The notes under the pieces: model-generated
The model's database searches: none
What the model was told of the DNA's origin: nothing
The model's input: only the letters and a program-made list of their open reading frames with translations
Sequence record: PP885688.1
DNA length: 64,000 bases
Reading direction: 5' to 3' (one strand)
Shown: positions 1 to 10,449 of the stretch, piece by piece
Numbering within the stretch: the first letter of the stretch is position 1
Layout of the letters: the number at the start of each line of letters is the position of its first letter
Position numbers and translations under genes: made by a program

Positions 1-3000
1 GACGCCATTCGCATCGGTCGCCGCAACCACAACCACGAAGGTTCCGGTCTGCTGCGTATAGGACGTGAGGACCTGTCCGTTGAAGCCAGTCAGCTGTGCG
101 CCGGGTAGCGTAGTGCCGCCGAGGATATTCCACGAGTAGCTCTTGCTTCCACCCTCTGCATTGAGCGGGTAAGCCCATGGCAGGATGCCGCTCGAAGGCT
201 GCGTCGAGAGTGCCTGGCTGAGGTCGATCTCTGCGTCTTCGGTCGAGATGACAACCACCACAGGGGTTGTGCCGCCGCCCGCCGTGGTGACGGTGATGGA
301 GTAGCGGTTGACGGACTGAGTGATCGATCCCGAGTCGGTGACGATGTTCGAGAACTCGCACTCGAAGCTGTAGTTTCCGTTGTCGGTGACGTTCTGGCCG
401 CCCGAGACGTTGAAGAGCACGATGCCCGAGAAGTCCTGAGCCTGGCCGAAGGTGTTGCCCGAGAAGGCGACGATGCCGGTAGGAAGCGCACCCTTGGTCA
501 CAGTGAAGTTGATGGGAGTGTCGCCGCCCGACTGGGTCAGGTGGAGCACACCGCTCTTGTAGAGCGCGATACCGTAGAAGGTTCCCGAGCCCGCGTTGTA
601 AGGCTGCTCGTTCTGCGCATCCGGCAGCGCCGCGATCTTGGTGACCGTCCAGTTGGTTGGATTGTTCGAGCCGTTTAGGTTCACCTGTACGGGGCTGCTC
701 GTGTAGACGCCACGATTCTTACCCTGCGCGGTGAGATTGATGAGCTTGGTCGCGGTCTGGCCAACGTGGTCGGTGACCTGAACGACTGCGCCGAAATCGC
801 CGTCGCCCTGCAGCTCATAGGCGAGCAGATCCTGCCAGATGATCGAGGCAGGGATGTTGTTCTGCACGAGAGAGAACTTGTACGGAGCCACGCCGCCGGT
901 CGCCTCAAGCTTGATCGGGAGGTCGATCGGATAGCCTTGCGGGAAGACCAGCTGGTCGGTTGTCGTGATCGTGAGCGCCGGAGGAACAACACCCGCGAGC
1001 GCCGCAATCGCGCCGGAGTTGGCGATCTGGAGGCCGGTACCGATGGTCCCGTCGTCGGTGAAGCCCGCGAGGGTGTAAGGAGCGGATCCGCCGAACACGG
1101 GGATGGCGAGCTGGAAGTCTTCGTTGGCGAAGATCTCCGGCTGGTCCACAGGTCCGAACTGGAGAGCGGCAGGGGCTAGCGTGCAGGAAAGAACTGCAGA
1201 GGCCAGCGCTCCAATCGCGTCCACCACTTCGACCGTAAATGTGAAGACCTTATTGAAGTCGGTCGTCGAGTTGTAAGTCACCGGCGTTCCGACGATGATG
1301 CCAGTCTGCGGATCGATGCTGAGGCCGAGCGGAAGGTTGCCCGCGACAAGCGACCACTGGAACGGTGGGATACCGCCAGAGTTCTGGATCTGGATGTTGT
1401 ACGCGGTACCGACCACGGCCTGAGGCAGCGCGGTGGTGGTGATCTTGAGATCGCTCTCGACAACCACCGGCAACGTGATGTGTGCGATGAACGGCGGAAC
1501 GTTTGAGTCGACCACGGAGAAGTCGCACGAGGTCGTACCGATCGTCATGGCTGTACCAGAGAGAGTTCCGCTGGTCGAGAGCTTGATGCCGAAGGGAAGA
1601 TTGTCCGCGTACCAGCTGAAGGGCCCCACGCCGGAGTTCACGCCAACCTGCATGGGGAAGTCAGCCATCGGCTTGCCGACGATGATGTTCGGCAGAGCGG
1701 AGACAGCGATGCGGACCGGGTTACCGGCGGTGCCCATTTCTGCCGTGAGGTAGAGCGAGGGATCGATGAGGTCCTTGACGCGCGGACGGCCCTGAATCGG
1801 GAAGACGTCGATCGCCATGGTGCCAAGCAGCGAGCTTGCATCCGAGGTACGCGAGGTGGCCACCATGATCTTGAGCTCGTTCGAGATGGTGTCGCGTACG
1901 AGTGCGCGGACCACAACCTCATAAGGCTGCAGTGCGACACTGGCGCTCGACGCATCGGTGATTTCGAAGCCGGACTCGCCACCGATTCCCAGGTTGCCCG
2001 TGAGATCGTCGGAGCCGGAGTTCGCCGGGATGAACTGTTGGTTCATCACGTAGATGGGCTTGGTCACCTGACGGATGAGCTTCACCGGCGGGTTGGACTT
2101 TGAGTAGTCGCGCTGAGTCTGGATGACGATCGCCTGGTCACCGGCGATGTTCATGGCCTTGGCGAGGGTCTTCGAAGAGATGGGCATCCAGCCGGAGGTG
2201 GTGCCGTCCGGGTAGATCGCCTGCCACGTATCCGCGCCGATATAGTTCGGGTCGAGCGAGATCGTTACCGTCTGGCCGAGCGAGACGGTGGAGTTATCGA
2301 AGGTGATGGATGCGCCGGTGATCGCGGTCGGGAACTCGTGCGGCGTATCCCAGCCCACGGAGTTGGTAGCGATCGCGGCGTTCGCAGTGAGCGCCTGCAT
2401 CGTGACCTGCCAGTCGCCGGAGGCGAGGACAGTCTCGTAGAGGCGGGAGTCAGGAGTAGAGCCGGAGTCTTCGAGGCCGGTCGGCAGATGCCCATTGACC
2501 GACTGTAGTTGCGGCACACCATTCGGCGGCTGGCTCAGGAAGATGTTCCATGCCTTGTATGCCTGGAAGGCTCCATTGATCGTCAACGGATTCCACTTCA
2601 GCGTCAGGTTGAACTGTTCGTCGAGCGTACCGATCGTTGGTGAGTCGGGCAGGTTGCCGAGCGCGGTAATCGAGGACGAGATGACCAGCGTGGGGATCGA
2701 GTAGGCATCGCCGAAGTAGCTGGATCCGTAGATGGTGATGACGGAGGAGCCGGTCTGCGAGGTCGCGGTCTGCGTGGATCCAAGGACGGAGCGCACGGTG
2801 AAGCCCTGCAGCATGTTCAGCGTTACCGGCGTGCCCGAGTAGCCCCAGGACACGGTGAACTGCTGATTGTCGGGGAGAGACGCAACACTGGGCACCGCAT
2901 CGGTGATGGTGAGCGGCGGAATGAAGGCGCTGGCGACGAGCGTGATGACCGAAGAGTAGCCACGCGCAAAGCCCGGGGCGTCTGCGGCGATCTGGAAGGT

Positions 3001-4572
3001 GTAGGTGCCGGGCTTGAGTGCATTGCCGGTCAGATTCCCGATCGGATCGATGAAGAGGCCTGCAGGAGCACCCGCGAGCGAGAACACGGCTCCGGCGACA
3101 GGCACGGCGAGCTGGGTGTTGGCATTCAGATGAATCAGCGGGAGCGTCTGGCCGATGTTCGAAGTGAAGTTAGGTCCGCCGGTCGCCGTCACGATGATGG
3201 GTTGATCACCGTTCGAGAGAACGACGGTCTGCGCGTAGCCAGTGCGGGTCGGGTTAGACGAGGCATTGACTGCAGTCGCAGAAAGGATCCACTTCTGGTT
3301 GAAACCAGACTCAGGAAGGGTCAAACCAACCGTAGCCACAGGATTCGCTGCAGTGAGCGAGACGGTCTGGGTCGACAGGGTTGCGTTGCCTTCGAGATTG
3401 CTGCCGGTCGAGACGGCGATCGAGACGGTGAGGACCTCGCCCGCGTTGAGCTCAGCGGCTGGAGTGGAGATGGTAACGGTGGGAGTGTCGCCGGTAAATC
3501 CGCGAGCCTCCGGAGAGCTGAAGGAGAGCTTGACCGCATCGGTCGAGTTCCAGGTGGCGACGTTCGAGCAGGGGATACCAGCGCCGGATGAGTTGATCGT
3601 CGGAGCGATGATGGCCTCACCGAGGATCACACCGCTGACGGAGTTCTTGGCCTTGACTGTGAAGCCGACATTGCCGGGGGTAGCCGGTAGCCAGACAAGC
3701 GTCGTGTCGTTCGCTGTGCCGCCAGAGGAGATGTTGCCGGTCGCGGTGCCGGTGACATCCCACTCGTAGGTGACGGGAACGGCCTGGCCGCCGAGGAAGT
3801 CGAGGTGGCTTACCAGCGAGAACGCGTTGAGGTTGGTGTCGTAGGTGAGCGATACGCCGAGGTCGACGGTACCGGCCTTCGCGGTCAGGCTCTCAATCGT
3901 GATCTCCTGCGTAAAGCAGCGATCCGGATTGTCGTACATCGAGCCAGGCAGGTAGGCCTGAAGCGTGAGCTGCAGAGACGCGGGGCTGCCGGTGAAGAGT
4001 GCAAGTCCGCCAGAGACGTTCTCATCCGAAGGCTCATCGACGCGCAGACGCATCGAGCTTCCGTCCGAGGTGATGAACTTCATTCCTGGGGGAAGGACGG
4101 CGGGGGTGATGAACTTGACGCCCTCATCGATCACACCATTGAGGCCGATGCCCTGGACGATGATGTCGGGAACGGTGCTGTCGTAGGACGGGATGCTGAA
4201 GTTGGTTGCGCCGGTGGTAGCCGCGATCGAGAAGGGATCCTTCACATCGAGGAAGACCGCGTAGTTGACTGTGGTCACGCCGTCGTTGGCGGTGACGATG
4301 AACTGGTAAGGATTCGACTGGGCCTGAGCGTTCGAGAACATCAGGGTGGCGATCAGAGTCGTCGGATCGAGGTTGAGCGTGATCCATGAGGGATTCTGGC
4401 TCAGCGACCAGCTGACCGTCGGCGAGGCCGCTCCGGTAGCCGTCAGAACGCCAAGCAGGCCTGATGCGGTCGAGGCGACACGCACGGCAACGCCGTTCTT
4501 GCTGCTGTTCTGTGCAAGAGGAACGACCGAATTCTGTTTTGCGATGAAGCTCGCCGTTAGCGCCAGGCTCAT
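1..4572 (-). CDS. Giant virion surface/tail protein with multiple putative Ig (He_PIG-like) repeats; 3'-truncated by the window edge (>1524 aa)
   Basis: Frame read manually from ATG 4572 (MSLALTASF) to base 1 without noticing a stop; absent from the ORF track because the stop lies outside the window. Contains segments such as LKITTAALPQAVVGTAYNIQIQNSGGIPPFQWSLVAGNLPLGLSIDPQTGIIVGTP, typical of putative Ig domains. Confidence 0.85.
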   Translation of the reverse strand, partial: MSLALTASFIAKQNSVVPLAQNSSKNGVAVRVASTASGLLGVLTATGAASPTVSWSLSQNPSWITLNLDPTTLIATLMFSNAQAQSNPYQFIVTANDGVTTVNYAVFLDVKDPFSIAATTGATNFSIPSYDSTVPDIIVQGIGLNGVIDEGVKFITPAVLPPGMKFITSDGSSMRLRVDEPSDENVSGGLALFTGSPASLQLTLQAYLPGSMYDNPDRCFTQEITIESLTAKAGTVDLGVSLTYDTNLNAFSLVSHLDFLGGQAVPVTYEWDVTGTATGNISSGGTANDTTLVWLPATPGNVGFTVKAKNSVSGVILGEAIIAPTINSSGAGIPCSNVATWNSTDAVKLSFSSPEARGFTGDTPTVTISTPAAELNAGEVLTVSIAVSTGSNLEGNATLSTQTVSLTAANPVATVGLTLPESGFNQKWILSATAVNASSNPTRTGYAQTVVLSNGDQPIIVTATGGPNFTSNIGQTLPLIHLNANTQLAVPVAGAVFSLAGAPAGLFIDPIGNLTGNALKPGTYTFQIAADAPGFARGYSSVITLVASAFIPPLTITDAVPSVASLPDNQQFTVSWGYSGTPVTLNMLQGFTVRSVLGSTQTATSQTGSSVITIYGSSYFGDAYSIPTLVISSSITALGNLPDSPTIGTLDEQFNLTLKWNPLTINGAFQAYKAWNIFLSQPPNGVPQLQSVNGHLPTGLEDSGSTPDSRLYETVLASGDWQVTMQALTANAAIATNSVGWDTPHEFPTAITGASITFDNSTVSLGQTVTISLDPNYIGADTWQAIYPDGTTSGWMPISSKTLAKAMNIAGDQAIVIQTQRDYSKSNPPVKLIRQVTKPIYVMNQQFIPANSGSDDLTGNLGIGGESGFEITDASSASVALQPYEVVVRALVRDTISNELKIMVATSRTSDASSLLGTMAIDVFPIQGRPRVKDLIDPSLYLTAEMGTAGNPVRIAVSALPNIIVGKPMADFPMQVGVNSGVGPFSWYADNLPFGIKLSTSGTLSGTAMTIGTTSCDFSVVDSNVPPFIAHITLPVVVESDLKITTTALPQAVVGTAYNIQIQNSGGIPPFQWSLVAGNLPLGLSIDPQTGIIVGTPVTYNSTTDFNKVFTFTVEVVDAIGALASAVLSCTLAPAALQFGPVDQPEIFANEDFQLAIPVFGGSAPYTLAGFTDDGTIGTGLQIANSGAIAALAGVVPPALTITTTDQLVFPQGYPIDLPIKLEATGGVAPYKFSLVQNNIPASIIWQDLLAYELQGDGDFGAVVQVTDHVGQTATKLINLTAQGKNRGVYTSSPVQVNLNGSNNPTNWTVTKIAALPDAQNEQPYNAGSGTFYGIALYKSGVLHLTQSGGDTPINFTVTKGALPTGIVAFSGNTFGQAQDFSGIVLFNVSGGQNVTDNGNYSFECEFSNIVTDSGSITQSVNRYSITVTTAGGGTTPVVVVISTEDAEIDLSQALSTQPSSGILPWAYPLNAEGGSKSYSWNILGGTTLPGAQLTGFNGQVLTSYTQQTGTFVVVVAATDANGV

Positions 4573-4581
4573 GTGCTTTCC

Positions 4582-7500
4582 TTAAATGTCAGTGGTGACG
4601 GTGGAGGATGCGTCCGAAGTAATGCCTCCACTAAAGGGTGTGACAGAGACAGTTCTCGAAAGAACCGAGTTCGTGCTGATTGCCGCTGCGCCAAGGCTCG
4701 TGAAATCACTGGACACAACGATCGAGGAGTTGAGTTGGGCCTGAGCGATCACCATTGCGGCGGTGATGTTTGTCTCAAGTGACGGCGAGTGCGTCTGGAG
4801 GGTCATGCTCGAACCGCGCTCGGCGACGAAGAAGGATCCGGGAGCTGTGCCGGTCGGGACCGCGAAGGTCGTTCCCGAGACAACAAGATCCGACTGGGTA
4901 GTGACGAAGCCGGTGCTGCTTGTCGAGAGAGTCATAATGCCGCCGTCGAGGATGACTGACGATCCCTGCTCGAAGCTTGCAGCCTGCAGATTGTTGGTGA
5001 AGGCGCAGTCGACGAACTCGACGTTGGCGTCGATACCCTTGACAGCTGGATCGCTGAAGCCCTTGAACTCGATCTGGTTGAAGATCACGCGGCTGTTCTC
5101 GATGTAGAACGCTGCGGTAGGACCATCGCCGAAGCCGGTGAAGCTGCTCGCGTCGATCGTGATGCGGCCAGAGGTGCCAGCCTGCGCGGTGATGACCAGG
5201 CGGCCCGACTCCTGAATCGTGTAGCAGAGAACACCAAGAGCGTAGTACTTGGCCGAGCGGATGACTCCGTCGCCGAGCGCCACCACCTGGAGTGAGTTCT
5301 GCAGCTTCGAGATGTCGTAGGCCGTGCCGGTCGGTACCAGCTGAATGGAGCATGGGTGCTGGAGAACCGAAGGCAGCGACTGCAGCGCCGCACCAATCGA
5401 CTGGTAAGCGGTGCCGACGGTGAGCCCATCGTTGCCGTCGTTGCCGTGGATGTTGTCGACGTAGAGAGTGATCGAGGAGATCGTCGAGATGACGCCCTTG
5501 CCGGTCACAGTCTTCGGGGTCAGAGGACGGATTGCGAAGCCCATGTGCGGGATCGCCTTCGCGTAGCCACGGCCACCGCTGATGGTCGAGAGCTGGAAGG
5601 TCTTGCGCTTGTTTCCGTTGATCGGCTCGATGAAGTCGTTGGTGTGTGCCGGGACCTCGAAGGTGTGCTCGACGTTATCGAAGCTCTTGGCCTCGAAGTT
5701 TGAATCGAAGAAGCTGGCGACCGGCTGATTGAGCAGGGTCGCATCGCTCCAGGTCACCTGCGATGGCAAAGCGGTTGCGATCGGCAGTTCGCGGTTGTAG
5801 GGGTAGATGTCCTTGAGACCCGGAACTGGCGCGGTGCCGGTTCCATTGGTCGTGACGAGCGCAAAGTCTTCGGTGTGGACGATCTCGTAGTCGCGCGAGA
5901 CGGAACCTTCACCCTGATACGGGACGTAGCTTTCGATCAGCGTGAGCTGGCTGGTGGCGGGGAGCGCTGGGCAGAGTGAGCCCACGATGAAGAACGGCTG
6001 CACTTCGAGGTTGACCGTCGGAGGAACGCTGAGAGTCACGAAGCTGTTGGCGAAGACAGCGCTGGCCACGGTCACCGCGTCATAGTTGCCGGAAGCATCC
6101 TTGACCCAGATGAGTTTGTTGACGTCGTCGCCTGCGATGCCGGTGAGAGTTCCGCCGGTGGTCGCGAGAATAACGGTGTTGTGGTCGCCCGGGAAATTCT
6201 TGACCGAGATCACCTGAATGCGCGGGTCCGGGCGGAAGAGAGGATCTGCCACGGAACCGGCGAGGACCGTCTCTTCGATTACTGTGATGGCTTTGACAGG
6301 CGCGTTGTAGGAGACCTGGGCGGTGTTCTGCGCGAGGAAGGTCAGCACCACGGTTGAGGTGGTGGGAACCGGCCCTTGAATCGCAAGGATGAAGGTTGTG
6401 CCGGAGATGATGCGGCTTGCGATCGAGTAGGCCGCACCGGTGACCTGGTCTGCTGCCGCCACGATGTAGAGGCCGGTGAGATTGACGTTGAGGCCGAGGC
6501 GGCTCATCGTGAAGGTTGTGATCGAACTTCCGCTTTGCGTCGTTGTGACCACACCAAGCGACCCGGAGATGGTGGTCTGCACGCGGGTGCCGAAGATCAC
6601 ATTCGAGTAGCTGGGGTTGTAGCAGAAGGCTGCGAGCGCATTGACGGCGGGCAGCGCGTTCTGGACCGCATAGTCAGACACGCCATAGACCGGCAGCGTG
6701 AGGCCGGACGCGGAGTCGGTGAGCAAGCCACCGGGTACCGCCGAGGGAGTCTGAACGAGATCGACGCCACCGTTGGCTGGATACTCGACACCGATGGTGA
6801 CGTAGATCGGATTGAGGCCGGGATCATACGTTGTGCCAGTGAGGTCTTTCGCAAAGGTGATCGTCACAGTCTTGGTGCCAAGGCCGGTGACGGTGACCTG
6901 ACCTGAAAGGAATAGGACTGGAGTCTTGAGCTGTGTGACTTGATCGCTAACAAGACCCTGTGCCTGAGCGAACTCGATGGTCGCGAGTGAAGAGCTGGGC
7001 AGCGACACGCTGAAGCTGTCACCTTCGATCCACCGGCTTCCGGCCACACCGGCGGTCTTCTGATCCACGGTGAGGGCCTGGCTGGTGTAGAAGGTCTGAT
7101 CGGCAGACGAGAAGCCGTTGCGGTATCCGTCAAAGGATCCAACGTTGTCCGTGTTGGCTCCGGCGGTCTGCGCCATCGTGATGGTGTAGTCGAGCAGGGA
7201 ACCGATCGCTGTAGGAAGATTTCCTGGACTGTTGCCGCGTGCGAGATTCAGACGGGTCTTGCCGGAGATGATGTCGACAAAGCCAGTGCGCAGGAGCTCC
7301 TCGTTCGCCCAGCCTTCGAGCGAGATGACCGAGCGCGTGTCGATGACATCGGCAGGGAAGATGACGTCGGCGTACTTGCCGTCATAGCGGCCAGTGATGG
7401 AGGAGGAGACGAGACCGGAGTTCGGGGTGGCGGGATCTGCGGATCCGAAGGGGTTCGAATCCACCGAGTATGCGCCGGTGTTGCGCTGGAAGACGACTGC

Positions 7501-8322
7501 GACTGGCAGAGCGTAGCTGTAGCCATCCGAGGAGCCAAGTGCGTTCTGAACGTTCCCGTCGCCCGAGCGCCAGAGTCCGCTGTCGCCGGTGATCGGTCCG
7601 AGGTTGGTGAACTGGTAGGGAGCGGCTGGAGTTACGGAGTCCTGATTCGCCTGGCCCCATACGGTCTGCGAGGTAGTAGCGCCGGGATCAAGTCCGAGGT
7701 CAAACTGGGTGAAGTCGTAAGCAAGGTCGATCGACTGAGCGCGGATGGCCCACTGCAGTTGGGTGCGGTCGGTGGTCTTCTTTCCTGCAAAAGGATCGAT
7801 TGTGTCGTTCGGGATCAGGTTTCCCGGTAGCGCGTTGACGCAGCCGTTCGGGTAGTAGAAGAGGTTGCCGGTGGTCGGATCCTTGAAGTAGCCCGTACCG
7901 TCATCGGTGTTGAGACGCTGGTACCAGAACTCCAGGAACACGATGTAGATCGAGGCGGGCGGTGCGGCGGATCCGGGGGACCAGAAGATCGGGGCAGGCA
8001 GCTGCACGATGTTGCTCGTGAGCGACGCGGACTTGTTGCCGCCGATGGTCACGACTTCGCCGTTGACGAGGACGTCGAAGGCGGGGATCGTGAAGGCGCG
8101 AGGCTGTACGTTGCTGCTGTTCGCAGTGAAGGTGAATGGGGAGTACGTCAGAGCGCCGGAGCTGACCTGATTGGCGAGGATGTCGGTGCGCTTCTGATCC
8201 TGAACCGCCTGAAGGAGGTTGAGGTCGGCGTCAGAGAGCTTTTTATCGTGCAGACCAACGACACTCACCAGAGAGCGGTTTGATGGGTCGAGGGTCCGTG
8301 ATGCGCCGGGGTTCGTAATCAT
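4582..8322 (-). CDS. Tail fibre/tailspike-like virion protein with C-terminal right-handed beta-helix
   Basis: 1246 aa; N-terminal LSDADLNLLQ resembles tail-attachment N-termini; C-terminal TLYVDNIHGNDGNDGLT..AYQSIGAAL followed by beta-rich repeats is pectate-lyase-like. Confidence 0.6.
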   Translation of the reverse strand: MITNPGASRTLDPSNRSLVSVVGLHDKKLSDADLNLLQAVQDQKRTDILANQVSSGALTYSPFTFTANSSNVQPRAFTIPAFDVLVNGEVVTIGGNKSASLTSNIVQLPAPIFWSPGSAAPPASIYIVFLEFWYQRLNTDDGTGYFKDPTTGNLFYYPNGCVNALPGNLIPNDTIDPFAGKKTTDRTQLQWAIRAQSIDLAYDFTQFDLGLDPGATTSQTVWGQANQDSVTPAAPYQFTNLGPITGDSGLWRSGDGNVQNALGSSDGYSYALPVAVVFQRNTGAYSVDSNPFGSADPATPNSGLVSSSITGRYDGKYADVIFPADVIDTRSVISLEGWANEELLRTGFVDIISGKTRLNLARGNSPGNLPTAIGSLLDYTITMAQTAGANTDNVGSFDGYRNGFSSADQTFYTSQALTVDQKTAGVAGSRWIEGDSFSVSLPSSSLATIEFAQAQGLVSDQVTQLKTPVLFLSGQVTVTGLGTKTVTITFAKDLTGTTYDPGLNPIYVTIGVEYPANGGVDLVQTPSAVPGGLLTDSASGLTLPVYGVSDYAVQNALPAVNALAAFCYNPSYSNVIFGTRVQTTISGSLGVVTTTQSGSSITTFTMSRLGLNVNLTGLYIVAAADQVTGAAYSIASRIISGTTFILAIQGPVPTTSTVVLTFLAQNTAQVSYNAPVKAITVIEETVLAGSVADPLFRPDPRIQVISVKNFPGDHNTVILATTGGTLTGIAGDDVNKLIWVKDASGNYDAVTVASAVFANSFVTLSVPPTVNLEVQPFFIVGSLCPALPATSQLTLIESYVPYQGEGSVSRDYEIVHTEDFALVTTNGTGTAPVPGLKDIYPYNRELPIATALPSQVTWSDATLLNQPVASFFDSNFEAKSFDNVEHTFEVPAHTNDFIEPINGNKRKTFQLSTISGGRGYAKAIPHMGFAIRPLTPKTVTGKGVISTISSITLYVDNIHGNDGNDGLTVGTAYQSIGAALQSLPSVLQHPCSIQLVPTGTAYDISKLQNSLQVVALGDGVIRSAKYYALGVLCYTIQESGRLVITAQAGTSGRITIDASSFTGFGDGPTAAFYIENSRVIFNQIEFKGFSDPAVKGIDANVEFVDCAFTNNLQAASFEQGSSVILDGGIMTLSTSSTGFVTTQSDLVVSGTTFAVPTGTAPGSFFVAERGSSMTLQTHSPSLETNITAAMVIAQAQLNSSIVVSSDFTSLGAAAISTNSVLSRTVSVTPFSGGITSDASSTVTTDI

Positions 8323-8390
8323 TCGTCAATCCTCAAGAGGGCGATACCGCTCCTATAAGTAGGGGCGAAGTCCAAAGAGAGGAGACCGCT

Positions 8391-8888
8391 GTGGCTTACG
8401 ACTATCTGAATCAATCCGTTATCAGCTCTATGCTTTGTTTTCAGAGAGATGCGGACTCATTCTTCAACCCCATCGAGCTGGGACATACTGGATTCGCGTA
8501 TGACGGTCTCGCCTATGTGGCTGGGGTTCCGGGGACCAATGTGGCTTCGTGGTCGACCGAGGCACAGAGCGACGCGCGGGGTCCGTTGCAGAGTTTCCCG
8601 ACGCAGGCCCTGGTCATCGTGTCGCGGGCTATTGTCTCGATCGTCGATGCCACCACACCGGCGCTCAATACCTGGATGCTCTTCTATCTCGCCGACGTCT
8701 ACGGGTTCTCGGACAACTTCGCACAGCTGCCGGTCGGCTACATCGCCAAGTCGGTCACCTGGAACAACGGTTTGCTGACGGTCACCATGACGCCCGATGC
8801 CGGGGCGTCTACCAGCTCACCCAATGTCATCACATTCGACTTTGTGCAGGATTCAATTTATGCGGATAGTCACGTAACACCTTCCTAG
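8391..8888 (+). CDS. Hypothetical protein (165 aa, beta-rich)
   Basis: GTG start after GGAG; fills the gap; stop overlaps the convergent gene at CTAG. Confidence 0.7.
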   Translation: MAYDYLNQSVISSMLCFQRDADSFFNPIELGHTGFAYDGLAYVAGVPGTNVASWSTEAQSDARGPLQSFPTQALVIVSRAIVSIVDATTPALNTWMLFYLADVYGFSDNFAQLPVGYIAKSVTWNNGLLTVTMTPDAGASTSSPNVITFDFVQDSIYADSHVTPS

Positions 8889-9646
8889 TCGAGCAGAGTG
8901 GTGAAGTCCATGTGTGTCTTGTCTGCAACTCCTTTGCGGCAGGCGATGGTTCCTCTGCGCGACAAGCAATCCCAGACGAACGTAGAACGTGCCTGACTGG
9001 CGCGAGCGTAGCCGTAGTAGAGAAGGACCTGCGCAAGCGGCTCGGACGCGGCGGCGGTCTCCCACAACGCGGCACACGCGGGATCCTGAAGCTTGGCGAA
9101 GTTCAGGCAGGCTGCCGGAGTTGGGTTCGGTACCGGCTTGAGGTTCGCCATCGATCCCTGTTGCGTGCAGAGGTCGAAGAAGAAGGCGATCGTGCGCGAG
9201 CGAGTGGCATACTCCGGAGTGAAGAGAGCGGCTAGGCGGTGAGCGTGCGCCAGAACCGTAGACTCGGCGAGGCTGCGCTCTGCGGCGATCGCTTCATCGG
9301 TCGACAGGAAGGCGTGCCATGCGGTCTGCGCGGCCTGAGAGAGCTTCTTGGGATTGGTCGCGTCGAGGTAATGTTGCTGCACGAACGCGATTCCGTCCTT
9401 GGGTGATGTCTTCGAGAAGGCCTCGATGTCGGAGACGAAGAAGGCCTTGGCCTTGTCCCATCCCATCGCGGTACCGGCGAGCTTGACCAGTTGCTGCAAG
9501 GTTCCGGACAACGGATTCCATTGGAGGATCCCTGCGGACATACCAGCTCCATCGAAGTTTCCTACGAGAGCTTGATACGAAGGCTTTCCACCTTCAAAAC
9601 GGCCTGTGATGCTGAGGCAGAGGTCCAGCAGCTGGTTATCTTCCAT
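8885..9646 (-). CDS. Putative endolysin, lysozyme-like fold
   Basis: ITGRFEGG...GNFDGAGMSAGILQW resembles phage lysozyme-superfamily muramidases; adjacent to RlpA-like gene. Confidence 0.6.
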   Translation of the reverse strand: MEDNQLLDLCLSITGRFEGGKPSYQALVGNFDGAGMSAGILQWNPLSGTLQQLVKLAGTAMGWDKAKAFFVSDIEAFSKTSPKDGIAFVQQHYLDATNPKKLSQAAQTAWHAFLSTDEAIAAERSLAESTVLAHAHRLAALFTPEYATRSRTIAFFFDLCTQQGSMANLKPVPNPTPAACLNFAKLQDPACAALWETAAASEPLAQVLLYYGYARASQARSTFVWDCLSRRGTIACRKGVADKTHMDFTTLLD

Positions 9647-9689
9647 GACATGTCACCTACCCACGCCATGGAAGTCCAGAGTCTGCTTT

Positions 9690-9917
9690 TTACTGCTCTC
9701 CGCCGATATCCAGCGTCACGCCGCCAGGTCCCGCTTCGACGATCGACGCCTTGCCTACGTTCTCTTCGATCGGGATCTCGCGGGCATTGGCGATCAGGGA
9801 GTAGACCTGCGCCGCAATCGCGAGATCTTCAGCAGGCAGTCCATTGCGTGAGTGTTTCTCGAAGACGTGCAGCAGATAGCCGTGCAGCTGTTCGTTGGGT
9901 AGGGCGATGATCTTCAT
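9690..9917 (-). CDS. Hypothetical protein (75 aa)
   Basis: ATG at 9917 overlaps the RlpA stop (ATGA coupling); start corrected from ORF track. Confidence 0.7.
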   Translation of the reverse strand: MKIIALPNEQLHGYLLHVFEKHSRNGLPAEDLAIAAQVYSLIANAREIPIEENVGKASIVEAGPGGVTLDIGGEQ

Positions 9918-10324
9918 GGTTCTACGATCTCCGGGGTGAGTGTGACAGTACAGGTGCCTTGGCAATCAATCGCCTTGGCGGCGGCTTCCGATAGATCGAG
10001 GATCCGGTCTCGGGTCCACGGCCCACGGTCGGTGATTGTTACGGTGACATCCTTCCCGCTGAATAGTCCGGTGACCACGATGCGGCTGCCGAGGGGGAGG
10101 GTACGTGAGGCAGCAGTGAGCTTGAAGCGATCAAAGCGCTGACCATTGGCCATCCTGCGGCCCTGGTGCTCCTTGCCGTACCAGCTTGCTACTCCGTAAT
10201 TTTCGTTGCGTACCAGACTCCGGTGGTGCGCGTGTGACTTCTCCTTCAGGTGGTGTGTCTTGGCGGTTGCCAGAGGTGTTGCCAAGAGCACAGCTATTGC
10301 TAAACTTCCGAGCGTAAAACGCAT
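9914..10324 (-). CDS. rlpA: RlpA-like double-psi beta-barrel lytic transglycosylase with signal peptide
   Basis: GVASWYG..HQGRRMANGQRFD..LTAASRTLPLGS..VTITDRGPW..RILDLSEAAA; hydrophobic N-terminus; AGGAG SD. Confidence 0.9.
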   Translation of the reverse strand: MRFTLGSLAIAVLLATPLATAKTHHLKEKSHAHHRSLVRNENYGVASWYGKEHQGRRMANGQRFDRFKLTAASRTLPLGSRIVVTGLFSGKDVTVTITDRGPWTRDRILDLSEAAAKAIDCQGTCTVTLTPEIVEP

Positions 10325-10449
10325 TTCTCTCCTAAAGCGGCGATTACTACTGACCGGTGGGCTTCCGGGTTACAACTTCTCCTATTCGTGGAATTTTGGG
10401 CTCCGCCACAGAGCGTTATGAAGCGTTGAGGTGGTGACGCGAGGCGGGG

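Noticed and set aside
90-4782. Many short track ORFs in the first 4.6 kb
   Set aside because: All overlap the single unlisted minus-strand Ig-repeat ORF.
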